Assembly (NCBI GenBank): GCA_021129515.1
Contig: JAJOLD010000001.1
Span: 61,633 to 125,632, forward strand
DNA from: Minisyncoccota bacterium
Lineage (GTDB): Bacteria > Patescibacteriota > Minisyncoccia > Phycocordibacterales > UBA918
Direction of reading: 5' to 3'
Length of the DNA: 64,000 nucleotides
Numbering within the stretch: the stretch's first letter is position 1; each line of letters begins with the position of its first letter. The notes under the pieces are model-generated. The model searched no databases and was not told where the DNA came from. It saw only the letters and a list, made by a program, of their open reading frames with translations. A program made the translations under genes and the position numbers. This document shows positions 10,873-20,655 of the stretch, piece by piece.

Positions 10873-11036
10873 GTGCGAATTTGTGTTTTATGCAAAATAC
10901 AGTTGCACTGATTTTTTCAGACATCGTCTATAGACAGACACTCGCAGGTGTGGTTGTATGTAGCAACAAAACAGGGGTAGGGGTGGTCGAGCTCAGTATG
11001 CGCCGTTTTGGATACAATAAATTTTAAGCAAGAACT

Positions 11037-11300
11037 ATGAAAGGAACCATTGCAAACCTCAGTGACCGAGGTTTTGGATTCATCACTCCTGAAAACGGAG
11101 AGAAGGATTACTTCTTCCATGCTCGATCGCTTGTAGAGGGTGTAGAGTACAATGATCTTAACGTTGGTGACGTTGTTATGTTCGACGTTGAAGACGGAGA
11201 GAAGGGACCAGCTGCTGTGAACGTAAGCGTTGCAGAAGGTGGTGCGGAAGCTCCTGCTGCGGATGATGCAGCTATGGATGCAGATGACGCTGCAGAATAG
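11037..11300 (+). CDS. cspA: Cold-shock domain protein with acidic tail
   Basis: RGFGFITPE (RNP1), DYFFHA (RNP2), KGPAAVNV. Confidence 0.95.
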   Translation: MKGTIANLSDRGFGFITPENGEKDYFFHARSLVEGVEYNDLNVGDVVMFDVEDGEKGPAAVNVSVAEGGAEAPAADDAAMDADDAAE

Positions 11301-11313
11301 GTCGTTCATCAAA

Positions 11314-11352
11314 GCAAAAAGCACGCAAAACCAAAGGTTTTGCGTGCTTTTT
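11314..11352. terminator. Bidirectional intrinsic terminator
   Basis: CAAAAAGCACGCAAAACC-AAA-GGTTTTGCGTGCTTTTTG. Confidence 0.85.
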
Positions 11353-11367
11353 GTATACCTACCGTAC

Positions 11368-11730
11368 TTAGATAATTCTCGAAATAATAATTGCGCCAAC
11401 AGCTAGTGCCGCAAATGTATGTGCCACCACAACCGCAGCAGCTGCCACATCCTTGCTTTGCCCAATGTGTTCATGTCGTTCAGGATGAAGTCTATCAAGT
11501 GCCATCTCGAGGGCAGTGTTCTGCAACTCGGTAATGAGCAGCAGCGTCCAAGACAATGTGAGCGCAACGAGCTCAAACGGGGAGAGCGGCCAGAGCACAT
11601 ACCCTAGTATGAGGTAGAGCACGCCAACCCCAACCTCCATGCGAAAACTTACATCATCACGAAACGCGACATACAGCCCATGCATGGGATGTGCAACTTT
11701 CTTTGCTGCTTTGTGTACAAGTGTCTTCAT
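11368..11730 (-). CDS. dgkA: Prokaryotic diacylglycerol/undecaprenol kinase
   Basis: ELQNTALE...D and KDVAAAAV motifs, three hydrophobic segments. Confidence 0.9.
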   Translation of the reverse strand: MKTLVHKAAKKVAHPMHGLYVAFRDDVSFRMEVGVGVLYLILGYVLWPLSPFELVALTLSWTLLLITELQNTALEMALDRLHPERHEHIGQSKDVAAAAVVVAHTFAALAVGAIIISRII

Positions 11731-11831
11731 GTCTATACAGTATACACGGCATTATCAACACACATGAAGGAACAATGACTGATACGCAGTTCCATGTCTA
11801 TAGTATGATATAATGTAACGTCATACTATAA

Positions 11832-12770
11832 CCGTTACATACGGTTGATGCAAAAAGTGTCTCTGGCGACATCGCTACCGCTGAAGGACTTGCATTTAGT
11901 ACCGATGGTACCGCAATGTTTGTACTCGACACCTCAGGCAACGATGTGCATGAGCATATACTCTCAACCGCATGGGATGTATCGACCGCATCACATGAGT
12001 CAAACTATGACTTTACCACCTACGAAACGAGTGCACAGGGCATCACCTTCAACACCGACGGTACTGCTATGTGCATTTCAGGTATTGATAGTGACGAAAT
12101 ACAAACCTTCTCACTTTCTGTAGGGTATGACCTCTCGTCAACCATTACCCATGAGCATTCCCAGAGCATATCGACACATATTGTTGATCCAAATGGTCTT
12201 GTATTTAACAACGACGGTACACGACTCTATGTCGTTGACGCAGACCCTGAAGATGTGACCATGTATGATTTAGATGCTGAAATGAGCGCACATGTCGTTC
12301 TTGATGGCACTGAAAATAGTCATACAGCCACAAGTACCACACCCGTGATTGGACGGGGTAAAATAGGGCAAGGGATTGCACTCGATGGTACCGCTGATTA
12401 CATCGATGTTGGAAATGTAGCATCAGGGATTCAAACGATAGCTTTTTGGATGAAGGCAGATGACATCACCACTCGAGATATTATTGATATTGACGGTACC
12501 GATAGAATTGAAATAAATGGATCAAGCACCATTGTTGCCACAAGCTTTCCAACATATACCATCTATGTAGATGGTTCTTCGAGTTCAGCAACCATTGATA
12601 GTGATTGGCATCATGTGGCAATTACTGTGTCTGCGGGCGTAAACGCAAGCGACTTTGAAATAGGACGGGCAGATGGAGGCTTCTTTGATGGAAACATTGA
12701 TGACGTGCGGCTCTATACAAGTGTCTTAACACAAGACGAGATTACACAACTGTATGGACTTGGCAGATAG
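11832..12770 (+). pseudogene. 5'-truncated surface-protein remnant: beta-propeller-type repeats plus LamG/ConA-like domain
   Basis: Repeats GLAFSTDGTAMFV / GITFNTDGTAM / GLVFNNDGTRLYV extend upstream of the track ATG (11916) to a TAA with no start or signal peptide; C-terminal WHHVA...FDGNIDDVRLY LamG motif. Confidence 0.7.
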
Positions 12771-12794
12771 GCTTTTGCAATGACTATTACTTTT

Positions 12795-13499
12795 TTACAA
12801 TCCCAAATCCTTTAAAAACTGCTTCTGTTCTTCTCCAGTGATTTTGCGAAACTGTCCAGGCTTAATGTCTTTAATTGCAATATCCATAATACGCACTCGC
12901 TTCAATCGCTGGACTTGGTAGCCGAGTGCTGCACACATACGGCGGATTTGGTGTTTCTTACCCTCGGTGAGGGTAATAGTAAATGAGTTCTTTTGCTTGG
13001 GGTGTACCTCAGCTGGCTTAGTTGTGTAGCCCTCTATGTCGACACCCTCTTCCATATGCTTTTTGAAGTGACCGGTAAGGTTCTTATCTACCCAGACGGC
13101 ATACTCTTTTTCATGTGCATTATCGGGATGGAGCAGTCGGTCAGTAATACGCCCATCGTTGGTGAGTATAATGAGTCCTTCGGAATCCTTGTCGATACGA
13201 CCAACAGGGAAAACACCAGTGAGTCCATAGTCCTTTTTAATACGGGCCTCAATATCAGTTTCTCCTTCAGCCGGTGAATGAGTAATAACACCGCGCGGCT
13301 TGTAGTACGCAAGGTATTGGTATTGCTTGGCAGGCTTAAAGCGGACGTCAACGACATCGCCTTCGTTTATTTTCTGCCCAACCGCTGCAACCTCGCCATT
13401 AACCAGCACTTTGCCAGCGGCAATCAACTCATCAGCAGCCCGGCGGGTACAGTGCCCCTTGTGTGCAAGATATTTGTTTATACGAATTGGATATTCCAT
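12795..13499 (-). CDS. rRNA pseudouridine synthase (RsuA/RluB/RluF family, S4 domain)
   Basis: RINKYLA...RRAADELI S4 domain, VGRIDKDSEGL, EGKKHQIRRM. Confidence 0.95.
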   Translation of the reverse strand: MEYPIRINKYLAHKGHCTRRAADELIAAGKVLVNGEVAAVGQKINEGDVVDVRFKPAKQYQYLAYYKPRGVITHSPAEGETDIEARIKKDYGLTGVFPVGRIDKDSEGLIILTNDGRITDRLLHPDNAHEKEYAVWVDKNLTGHFKKHMEEGVDIEGYTTKPAEVHPKQKNSFTITLTEGKKHQIRRMCAALGYQVQRLKRVRIMDIAIKDIKPGQFRKITGEEQKQFLKDLGL

Positions 13500-13521
13500 A
13501 CATGTGAGAATTTTCCCTAAG

Positions 13522-13574
13522 TGTCCTAGGGGACCCCTAGGACATAGCAGGTGGTCAGAGACTCCCTCTGACCA
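13522..13574. repeat. REP-like palindrome family C plus an adjacent second palindrome
   Basis: TGTCCTAGGGG-A-CCCCTAGGACA (13522-44; second copy at 23315-35) and TGGTCAGAG-ACTCC-CTCTGACCA (13552-74). Confidence 0.75.
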
Positions 13575-13626
13575 TACGGTATATTTCCTTTGAATTAGAG
13601 AGTTATTGTGCTAATATTTCGGCTCT

Positions 13627-14859
13627 ATGTCAAGTTACGACGTCATCATTATAGGAGGAGGACCATCAGGCATGATGGCAGCCGGTCGCGCCGCAGAGCG
13701 TGGACGTCGGGTTTTGTTGCTTGAGAAGAACCGCGTGCTTGGCAAGAAGCTCTCCATTACTGGTGGTGGACGCTGCAATATTACCAATGCGGAGATGGAT
13801 GTACGCACCTTTCTTGACCACTATGGTGAAAATGCAAAATTTTTCTTCAGTGCGTTTTCTCAGTTTGGGGTGCAGCACACCTTCCACTTTTTTGAATCAC
13901 ATGGCTTGCCGCTTGTAACTGAAGCGCACAAACGCGTATTCCCGCGCTCGCAATCTGCTGAGGACGTGACTAAGACTATGAAAGCCTATGCGTCACATTC
14001 AGGAGTAACCATTCGTACCGCAGTCCGCGTTGATGGGTTCATCATGAATGAGGGGAAGATTGTGGGTGTGAAGACGAATCACGGTGACTTTAAGGCTGAA
14101 AACTTCGTGCTTGCAACTGGTGGGCTTTCCCATCCTGAGACGGGTGCAAGTGGTGAAGGTTTTTCATGGCTGCGTGAGCTCGGGCACTCGGTTACTGAAC
14201 CAAATCCTGACATTGTACCGCTCACGGTAGGGGAGGACTGGGTCAAAAATGCCTCAGGACGTACACTCTCATTTATGAAGATTACTTTCGGCGAAGGAAA
14301 GCAGAAATTCTTGAAGGTAGGAAAGATTCTCTTTACTCACTTTGGGCTTTCAGGACCGTTGATTTTAAATAGCGCACATCAGGTAAAGAAGCTTCTCAAG
14401 GATGGCGATGTCCCCGCGACGATTGATATGTATCCCGATACCGATGTGGTAACACTCCGCAATCGAGTACTCGCAGTGTTTGATGCGAACAAGAACAAAC
14501 AACTCAAGAATGTGCTGAAGGAATGTGTGCCGCATGGCATGGAGGGTGCGGTACTTGAGCAGCTTGATACCGAATTAGCAGAAATGAAAGTGCATAGCGT
14601 TGGAAAAGAGGAACGACTTGCGCTTGTTGACCGCCTTAAAGCAATGCCACTGACGGTCACGGGCACCATGGGTTTTGAATGGGCTGTTGTCTCTGATGGT
14701 GGTGTTGACCTGACGGAAGTTGATACACGAACCTTTGCGTCAAAAATCCATCCCAATCTTTTCTTGACCGGAGATGTGCTCAATGTGAACAGACCTTCTG
14801 GTGGATTTTCACTGCAACTGTGTTGGACTTCAGGCTACATCTCAGGTTCTCATGTTTAG
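13627..14859 (+). CDS. NAD(P)/FAD-dependent oxidoreductase, HI0933/YhiN family
   Basis: IIGGGPSGMMAA, GKKLSITGGGRCNITN, LATGG.S.P.TG, LFTHFGLSGP, GGFSLQLCWTSG. Confidence 0.95.
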   Translation: MSSYDVIIIGGGPSGMMAAGRAAERGRRVLLLEKNRVLGKKLSITGGGRCNITNAEMDVRTFLDHYGENAKFFFSAFSQFGVQHTFHFFESHGLPLVTEAHKRVFPRSQSAEDVTKTMKAYASHSGVTIRTAVRVDGFIMNEGKIVGVKTNHGDFKAENFVLATGGLSHPETGASGEGFSWLRELGHSVTEPNPDIVPLTVGEDWVKNASGRTLSFMKITFGEGKQKFLKVGKILFTHFGLSGPLILNSAHQVKKLLKDGDVPATIDMYPDTDVVTLRNRVLAVFDANKNKQLKNVLKECVPHGMEGAVLEQLDTELAEMKVHSVGKEERLALVDRLKAMPLTVTGTMGFEWAVVSDGGVDLTEVDTRTFASKIHPNLFLTGDVLNVNRPSGGFSLQLCWTSGYISGSHV

Positions 14860-14869
14860 AGGGTGCTTG

Positions 14870-15325
14870 TCATTCTGAAGGATTGAGCTGCAGTTGCGTG
14901 GTCTCATTAAACGAGAAGGGGAGGTGAGTGACCGCAAGGCGGTACTGACCATCAACAGCGATGGTGTGTGGCGTAAATACGGTAAAGAGGGTAAATGTCT
15001 TTTTGGTACCAGCAGGAACTTTGTACATACCATTTTCAATGGTGGCATTACTAATAACCATACTGGTGGTGTCACCATCTATGGTTGTGTCGTCCGTACC
15101 ATAGAGTGCATAGGTAAGCGCGGTGTTGCCCCTGTCTTCGGTGGTGGCAGTAATGGGTACGTAGATGTCATGATTCCCGTGCCCGAGCTTAAATGTAATG
15201 AGGTAGATACCAGCAGTGTTGTCGAGAGTAAATGCGGTTTGGTCAGTGATCTTATATCCGTGACTCGAAAGTGGCATCAAGATACATACGGCACAGAAGA
15301 GTGTGAAGAATCCAAAATGTTTCAT
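14870..15325 (-). CDS. Hypothetical secreted protein
   Basis: Signal-peptide-like N-terminus (MKHFGFFTLFCAVCILMPLSSHG) followed by a beta-rich sequence. Confidence 0.65.
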   Translation of the reverse strand: MKHFGFFTLFCAVCILMPLSSHGYKITDQTAFTLDNTAGIYLITFKLGHGNHDIYVPITATTEDRGNTALTYALYGTDDTTIDGDTTSMVISNATIENGMYKVPAGTKKTFTLFTVFTPHTIAVDGQYRLAVTHLPFSFNETTQLQLNPSE

Positions 15326-15408
15326 ACAAAATATAAATAGAATCACTTAATCACACTACATACTATGGCAATATCGAATATGCAGTAATGACACACGTTA
15401 GTGTATGT

Positions 15409-15465
15409 CGACGTCAAAAAGCAACGCTTTTTGACGTCGTTACGAGCGAATGCGAAGCAATCCAG
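15409..15465 (+). repeat. Hairpin plus CGTCATTGCG...GCAATCCAG family element (family D)
   Basis: CGACGTCAAAAAGC-AAC-GCTTTTTGACGTCG overlapping CGTCGTTACGAGCGAATGCGAAGCAATCCAG. Confidence 0.65.
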
Positions 15466-15610
15466 AATCTTTGCTACAAAGTACGACTTAAGATATGAAT
15501 TTTAATTAACATAGGTGCCCAGGAAGATACTTGACGTATTAAGAATGTGATGTAGAATATTTCGCAGTAATTAGTTATTCTTATCTTTCTACATCTACTG
15601 GGAGACCGAC

Positions 15611-16603
15611 ATGGTCACACGATTTTTAGTCGTATCCGTAAGTTTTATCCTGCTTGCCATTACAGGCTGTGCAGGTCCGCATATCAAACCAAACGAGGAG
15701 CAAACAAAACGCTGGCAGGCAGCAAATGAAGCAATAGGGGAGCAACATGCTGAATCGCATATATTGGATGCAGAGGAAAACGCTGCTGCCTGGAAGCAGG
15801 TAAATACAGAACGGGGGAATCGTCAGCAAGAGATTGTTGCTGCAGAACTTCGGTTTCGTAAGGAGCAGGCGCAGTGTTGGCGTCATCCACGCGCGGTGAG
15901 TATACGCGGACGATGCGAAATACCACCTGAGGTTGCAGCACGACCCGTGCTGCAACAGCCTGTAGCATCATCGCAATCTACCCAAATACAAGCCCCACAG
16001 AACAAATCTTCTATAAAATCGAGAAACACGGCAGCAGCGTCACAATCTGCTTACCGTAGTGCGACAAAAACAAGTCAGATAGCATTGCAGCACGATCAAC
16101 ATGCTCATGCTTGGGATGCAAGCGGGCGACGTCCATATACACCCCCTGCGTACATTAATCACAGAAAGGGCACAACCTATTCAATGTTTGAGGATATTCC
16201 TCCTGGGAAAAACAGTGTCACACCACTCTCGAAAGCAGGTCTAAACACTATGTTACAGCAAGGTGCAACAGTTGAAGATATTACACGCGCCTTTTGGGCA
16301 GATGTGCCCATTATGACCACAGCTGCATTTTGTGAGTCTACGTTTCGTCAGTGGGATACAAAAGGAAAGGTATTGAGTGGAAAAAAACACGCTCTCGATA
16401 AAGGTGTTATGCAAATCAATATAAAAGTTCATGGTACAGAACTACGGACATTAGGACTTGATGTGGCAGAGTTGTATGACAACCTGTTATTTGCTCGCAC
16501 GCTCTATAACAGGAATGGCGTCAGTGACTGGAGCGCTTCATACCAGTGCATGCTCAGAAAGCATGACGAGATAACGAACGGGCAGCCATATGTACTGAGT
16601 TAA
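15611..16603 (+). CDS. Putative lipoprotein with C-terminal lysozyme-like/SLT transglycosylase domain
   Basis: Lipobox ITGC; C-terminal AFCESTFRQ...GVMQIN...A..LY...G...WSAS..C, paralogous to 26282-26716. Confidence 0.75.
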   Translation: MVTRFLVVSVSFILLAITGCAGPHIKPNEEQTKRWQAANEAIGEQHAESHILDAEENAAAWKQVNTERGNRQQEIVAAELRFRKEQAQCWRHPRAVSIRGRCEIPPEVAARPVLQQPVASSQSTQIQAPQNKSSIKSRNTAAASQSAYRSATKTSQIALQHDQHAHAWDASGRRPYTPPAYINHRKGTTYSMFEDIPPGKNSVTPLSKAGLNTMLQQGATVEDITRAFWADVPIMTTAAFCESTFRQWDTKGKVLSGKKHALDKGVMQINIKVHGTELRTLGLDVAELYDNLLFARTLYNRNGVSDWSASYQCMLRKHDEITNGQPYVLS

Positions 16604-16724
16604 GAGAGTTTCGTAGAAGTCCCAGGAGTAAAACGGGACATAAAGCCGCAGCAGCAATGCTGTGGCTTTTTTATGGTTTACCTTTAGTTGACCCACCAAT
16701 GCCTGCATGAGAAAATTGATACAC

Positions 16725-17960
16725 ATGAAACAGACGGCAAAAGACCTCTTTATTCCACATGAAGGCAATGCATATGCGCCAAATGTATTGCAGCGAGTAT
16801 CGATAGGAATCATGGCAGTATTGGTCCTACTCTCGTTTGCCCTCGCGAACCTGCAAGCCTTGTTGTGGATTGGTTCAGATTGGATGGTGGGTACCGTACT
16901 GCCGGCGGTCATTGTCGAACTCACGAATGATGAACGTGCAGATGATACACTCGGTATGCTCACACGAAATGCACTGCTTGATGCTGCAGCAACCCAAAAA
17001 GCAAAACATATGGCACAGCATGAATACTTTGCACACTATAGTCCAGATGGCACGTCTCCATGGCACTGGTTCGATGCCGTAGCATATGACTTTGTGCATG
17101 CGGGGGAGAATCTCGCGGTACACTTTAGTGAATCAGACGCTGTCGTGCATGCATGGATGGACTCACCAGGACATCGTGCAAATATTCTCAACGGTGACTA
17201 CACAGAAATTGGCGTTGGGACGGCACAGGGAACTTATAAGGGCTTCCCAACAGTGTTTGTAGTACAACTCTTTGGAACACCACAGGCTATAGCTGCACCA
17301 CCTGAAACGGTTACCCAAGAACCTCCGAGTACCACCACGCAGCCAACCACCACAACACCCACGACAACCAACAATCCACAGGGTGCACAGCCAACACCGA
17401 CCACCACTCCAATCGAAACTCCACTACTCCAAGATACTGAAGTGGCTGGTGTCGATATCATTGCGTTACCTGTGGTTGAAGAAATAGCACTCGCAGTACC
17501 CACCACCACACCTGCAACTGTCGCTTCTTCTGAAGACACCCCTCCAGAGACCAGCTATGCATCCCCGTCAGATACAGCACTTCTCACCGAGCACCATGAA
17601 ACGGCACCCGCAGAAGAAACGGTACATGAAGTACTGGTGGTATACTCAGATTTTGCGACCACATCACGCAGTGGTGTAGCAGCAATGCTTGGTGCTGATT
17701 CGTTTAGTCATGCTACCTCAGGTGGCACCGCACCAACGGCAGGACTCATGGAGCGGAGCGCTACACAGTCAAGCACCTGGCTCCAAGCAGTGTACGTAAC
17801 GCTTGCTGCGTTTGTCGTCATCGCACTCGTGCTCTCTATTGTGGTTGAGTGGCGAAGACAACATCCTGCGCAAATTGCATACGGCACGGGGCTCTTGGCA
17901 GGAATGGCACTGTTATTCTACGCACATACACTACTAGTCGGCGGTGTCACGATTGTGTAA
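16725..17960 (+). CDS. CAP (SCP/PR-1) domain membrane protein with Thr/Pro-rich linker
   Basis: LTNDER, KAKHMA...YFAHYSPDG, AGENLA, AWMDSPGHRANIL, EIGVG; N- and C-terminal TMs. Confidence 0.9.
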   Translation: MKQTAKDLFIPHEGNAYAPNVLQRVSIGIMAVLVLLSFALANLQALLWIGSDWMVGTVLPAVIVELTNDERADDTLGMLTRNALLDAAATQKAKHMAQHEYFAHYSPDGTSPWHWFDAVAYDFVHAGENLAVHFSESDAVVHAWMDSPGHRANILNGDYTEIGVGTAQGTYKGFPTVFVVQLFGTPQAIAAPPETVTQEPPSTTTQPTTTTPTTTNNPQGAQPTPTTTPIETPLLQDTEVAGVDIIALPVVEEIALAVPTTTPATVASSEDTPPETSYASPSDTALLTEHHETAPAEETVHEVLVVYSDFATTSRSGVAAMLGADSFSHATSGGTAPTAGLMERSATQSSTWLQAVYVTLAAFVVIALVLSIVVEWRRQHPAQIAYGTGLLAGMALLFYAHTLLVGGVTIV

Positions 17961-17987
17961 TAAGGATTGTCTATACAAGAAACAACT

Positions 17988-18409
17988 ATACACATACTCG
18001 GCTCGGGACACTCAAGGAATCACATGACCCGAAGATACTCTATCGTTCGCGTCCAGCAGCGGGGTTTCCCGTTCCAGGAGACGACGCAGTAGAACAAATC
18101 CTCGATATTAATGACCTTGTGGTGAAGAATCCTTCAGCCACCTTTTTTGTACGCGTCGAGAGTGACTCAATGAAACATGCGGGTATTTTTTCTGACGATG
18201 TATTAGTCATCGACCGCTCGGTACAGCCAACACATGGATGCATTGTCGTTGCTGCCGTGTATGGTGAGATGGTTGTTAAGCGGCTCGCACTCACAGACAA
18301 TACGCTCACATTGGTTTCAGAAAATCCTGACTATGCACCGATAGTGGTATCGGACTCCGAAGACTGCCATATATGGGGTGTCGTTGTGGGGAGTATCCGA
18401 GTGTTTTAG
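17988..18409 (+). pseudogene. umuD: UmuD-like S24 peptidase lacking a usable start codon
   Basis: AAGFP cleavage site, TFFVRVESDSM (Ser), VVKRL (Lys), IWGVV; no ATG/GTG/TTG in frame downstream of the CAP gene; CTCGG-CTCGG duplication at 17997-18006; no umuC adjacent. Confidence 0.75.
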
Positions 18410-19111
18410 TCCACGATACATGGGAAGGTGAGGGTGAACGTTGCACCCTTATGTTCAGTACTGGTTACTGTGAGTGTGGCATTGTGTTTTTCTGCAATGG
18501 TCTTTGCAATTACAAGCCCGAGTCCAGACCTCTGCATGCCTGCATGCTTGGCATTGTGCGATCGATGGAAACGTTCAAAGACATGCGGCAGATCTTCTTG
18601 CGGTATACCAATACCCGTATCACTAATCGAGAGTACCGCATGGTCTGCGTCTTTGTGTAAGGTAATAGTAATACGTTTCTCGGCTGCTTTTTTCGTGTAT
18701 TTTTCTGCGTTACTTAACAAACTCAGGAGCAATTCTTTGAGTTTTGGTGTATTACCTAATATCGTCACTCCTGAAGCAATATCACTGGTAACGGTCATGC
18801 CACTATGCGCTGCTGAAATTGCAAAATATTCCACAAGGCCAGTGAGTTCAGTACTCAAGTCAATGCGGTCAGTACGTAGATGCTCATTATTAGATTCAAG
18901 TTCTGTGAGTTTCAATAAATCATAGATAAAGCGTGAAATATCATCGATACTTTTTTCAAAGAGCGCTATTTTATCCTGATGTGGAGCATGTGCATGGAGA
19001 AATCCTTCTTCACCATCTTCGGCGACGTCCACAGCAAAACACTCAGCCTCAAGGCTTTTTTTGAGAAAATCACTAATTTTCTTTTCATCTTCTACAAGCA
19101 AGAATGCGCAT
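18406..19111 (-). pseudogene. Response-regulator/histidine-kinase deletion chimera
   Basis: MRIL/LVEDEKKI...DGEEG receiver N-terminus (frameshift after codon 3) joined to HATPase (LLSNAEKY, DTGIGI, GLGL); no phosphoacceptor Asp and no H-box. Confidence 0.85.
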
Positions 19112-19197
19112 AGAGCGGGGATTCATACCAATTTGCAGATTTGATATTTATTTTAAGTTTACTTTAACTAGATTTTAAAACGAGTGCGTATACTAAG

Positions 19198-19414
19198 GCA
19201 GGTCTGCAAAAGTGTTATTGGGACAAAAGAGCAACAACACACTGTTACTCTTCACTAGAACTCGAACATATACTGTCCGTCGACCTGTGCGGTATATGAA
19301 GTAGGTTGTTATTGCAGAGGCAACACACTTGACCGAGTTCTAGTGAAGGGACACAGTACTGTCTTGAGTTGTGTACTGCAGTGTACACGAGCTGTTGCTC
19401 AACTCAGTAGGTCG
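19198..19414 (+). ncRNA. Candidate structured non-coding RNA, family unknown
   Basis: TATACT at 19189-94; 15-bp perfect stem 19250-64/19334-48, closing stem 19229-36/19393-400, two inner hairpins; mismatches are G-U on + strand. Confidence 0.6.
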
Positions 19415-20155
19415 TTAATGCGTACGATACCTACTAACAAATGCTTTAAGAATATGCGCGGGATAGACAATATCTTGCGTTGCACAATGCGCTTTTACAT
19501 GCTCAGCGTCTTCGGGCTTAAAGTATCCTGCATGCTTATAAAAATCAATACGCAGACAAATACTTTCATAATCAAGCTCCGGATGAAATTGTGTTGCGTA
19601 TATATTTTCTTTAATCCGGAACATTTGTACAGGACACACATCGGAGGTAAGGAGCAATGTTGCTGATTCGGGGACCTCTTGGCACGCTTCTTGATGTCCA
19701 CAAAGTGCGTAGAAATCGTCAGGCAGGTCACGCAGCAATATATCTTGTGCTCCTGCTTCAGTTTTATAGACATGCGTTGGACCCACCTCCTCGCTATACT
19801 TTTCTTTCGAGACACACGCACCTTGGTGTGCTGCAAGAATACCAATACCATAACAAGCGCCCATGTAGGGAATATCGTGCGCATAGACCACATCGCTGAG
19901 TTTGAAGAGATCCGCATCAAACTTCAGTTGTTCGGGCGACTGATCTTCTTTTGGTGTACTAACGCACGTAGGACCACCACCAACAATAATACCTGCATAG
20001 TCTTGCGGATTGATGTCATCGGGAATACCGTTGTGTTCAATACGCACCCGATGTACCTCGTCTTCAGTGAGCCCTCCCATACGCAGCATGGCATGGAATT
20101 CATTGTCTGCCACCTCGTCATCTGCACGAAGTTGAAGAATTAAAAATTTTTTCAT
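19415..20155 (-). CDS. Class I glutamine amidotransferase (GMP-synthase GATase-like)
   Basis: GIIVGGGP, GACYG (catalytic Cys), TQFHPE (His-Glu). Confidence 0.92.
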   Translation of the reverse strand: MKKFLILQLRADDEVADNEFHAMLRMGGLTEDEVHRVRIEHNGIPDDINPQDYAGIIVGGGPTCVSTPKEDQSPEQLKFDADLFKLSDVVYAHDIPYMGACYGIGILAAHQGACVSKEKYSEEVGPTHVYKTEAGAQDILLRDLPDDFYALCGHQEACQEVPESATLLLTSDVCPVQMFRIKENIYATQFHPELDYESICLRIDFYKHAGYFKPEDAEHVKAHCATQDIVYPAHILKAFVSRYRTH

Positions 20156-20234
20156 ATGAGCAAATATACCATGACTCGACATGAAAAAAGCCCGCGCTAT
20201 CGCGCGGGCCTTGCAAGCATATCCTTGAGTAAAA

Positions 20235-20504
20235 TCAAAAAAATATTTCAACATTGCCACTACCAGGAACAGAAGCACACACTATGTATGGCTTGTCTGG
20301 ATTAAATAGGAGAGCAGTAACCTCTGTAGGTTTAGTGACTCCAGATCGAGCGCACACAAGCTCTATTCTCTTTATAATTTCAGGGTGTGCTTTTGCGTCC
20401 ACTGATTTGGAAGCAATAACCAGGAACACATGTTTCTGTGGTTGAGAGTTCCGCTTATTTATTGTTACCGTGACACGGTATAGTCTTTCTTTTTTTACTG
20501 CCAT
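20235..20504 (-). CDS. Hypothetical orphan protein
   Basis: 89-aa ORF with AAGGAG SD, followed by a terminator hairpin at ~20184-20210. Confidence 0.6.
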   Translation of the reverse strand: MAVKKERLYRVTVTINKRNSQPQKHVFLVIASKSVDAKAHPEIIKRIELVCARSGVTKPTEVTALLFNPDKPYIVCASVPGSGNVEIFF

Positions 20505-20655
20505 GATGGCTCCTTTGTGAGTTGCATGTGTCGACCATATACATACCGTACATAGTCAAAAGAGAAAGGTATCTAGTGCAGAATTTAACAATATATATAA
20601 GACAAGTCAAGTAATCTCTGCGGATTTTAGAGACTTGCTATGCTATGCTACTCAT

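Noticed and set aside
17849-17987. Track start for the 186-aa umuD ORF
   Set aside because: Lies inside the CAP gene in another frame and encodes no UmuD-like sequence
18406-19101. Novel hybrid kinase architecture
   Set aside because: Lacks both the receiver Asp and the kinase His and is frameshifted at the start; a deletion product is simpler
19200-19235. c-di-GMP-I riboswitch (GCAAA...GGGAC resemblance)
   Set aside because: No P2 stem with GNRA loop or P3 receptor, and no downstream gene on that strand
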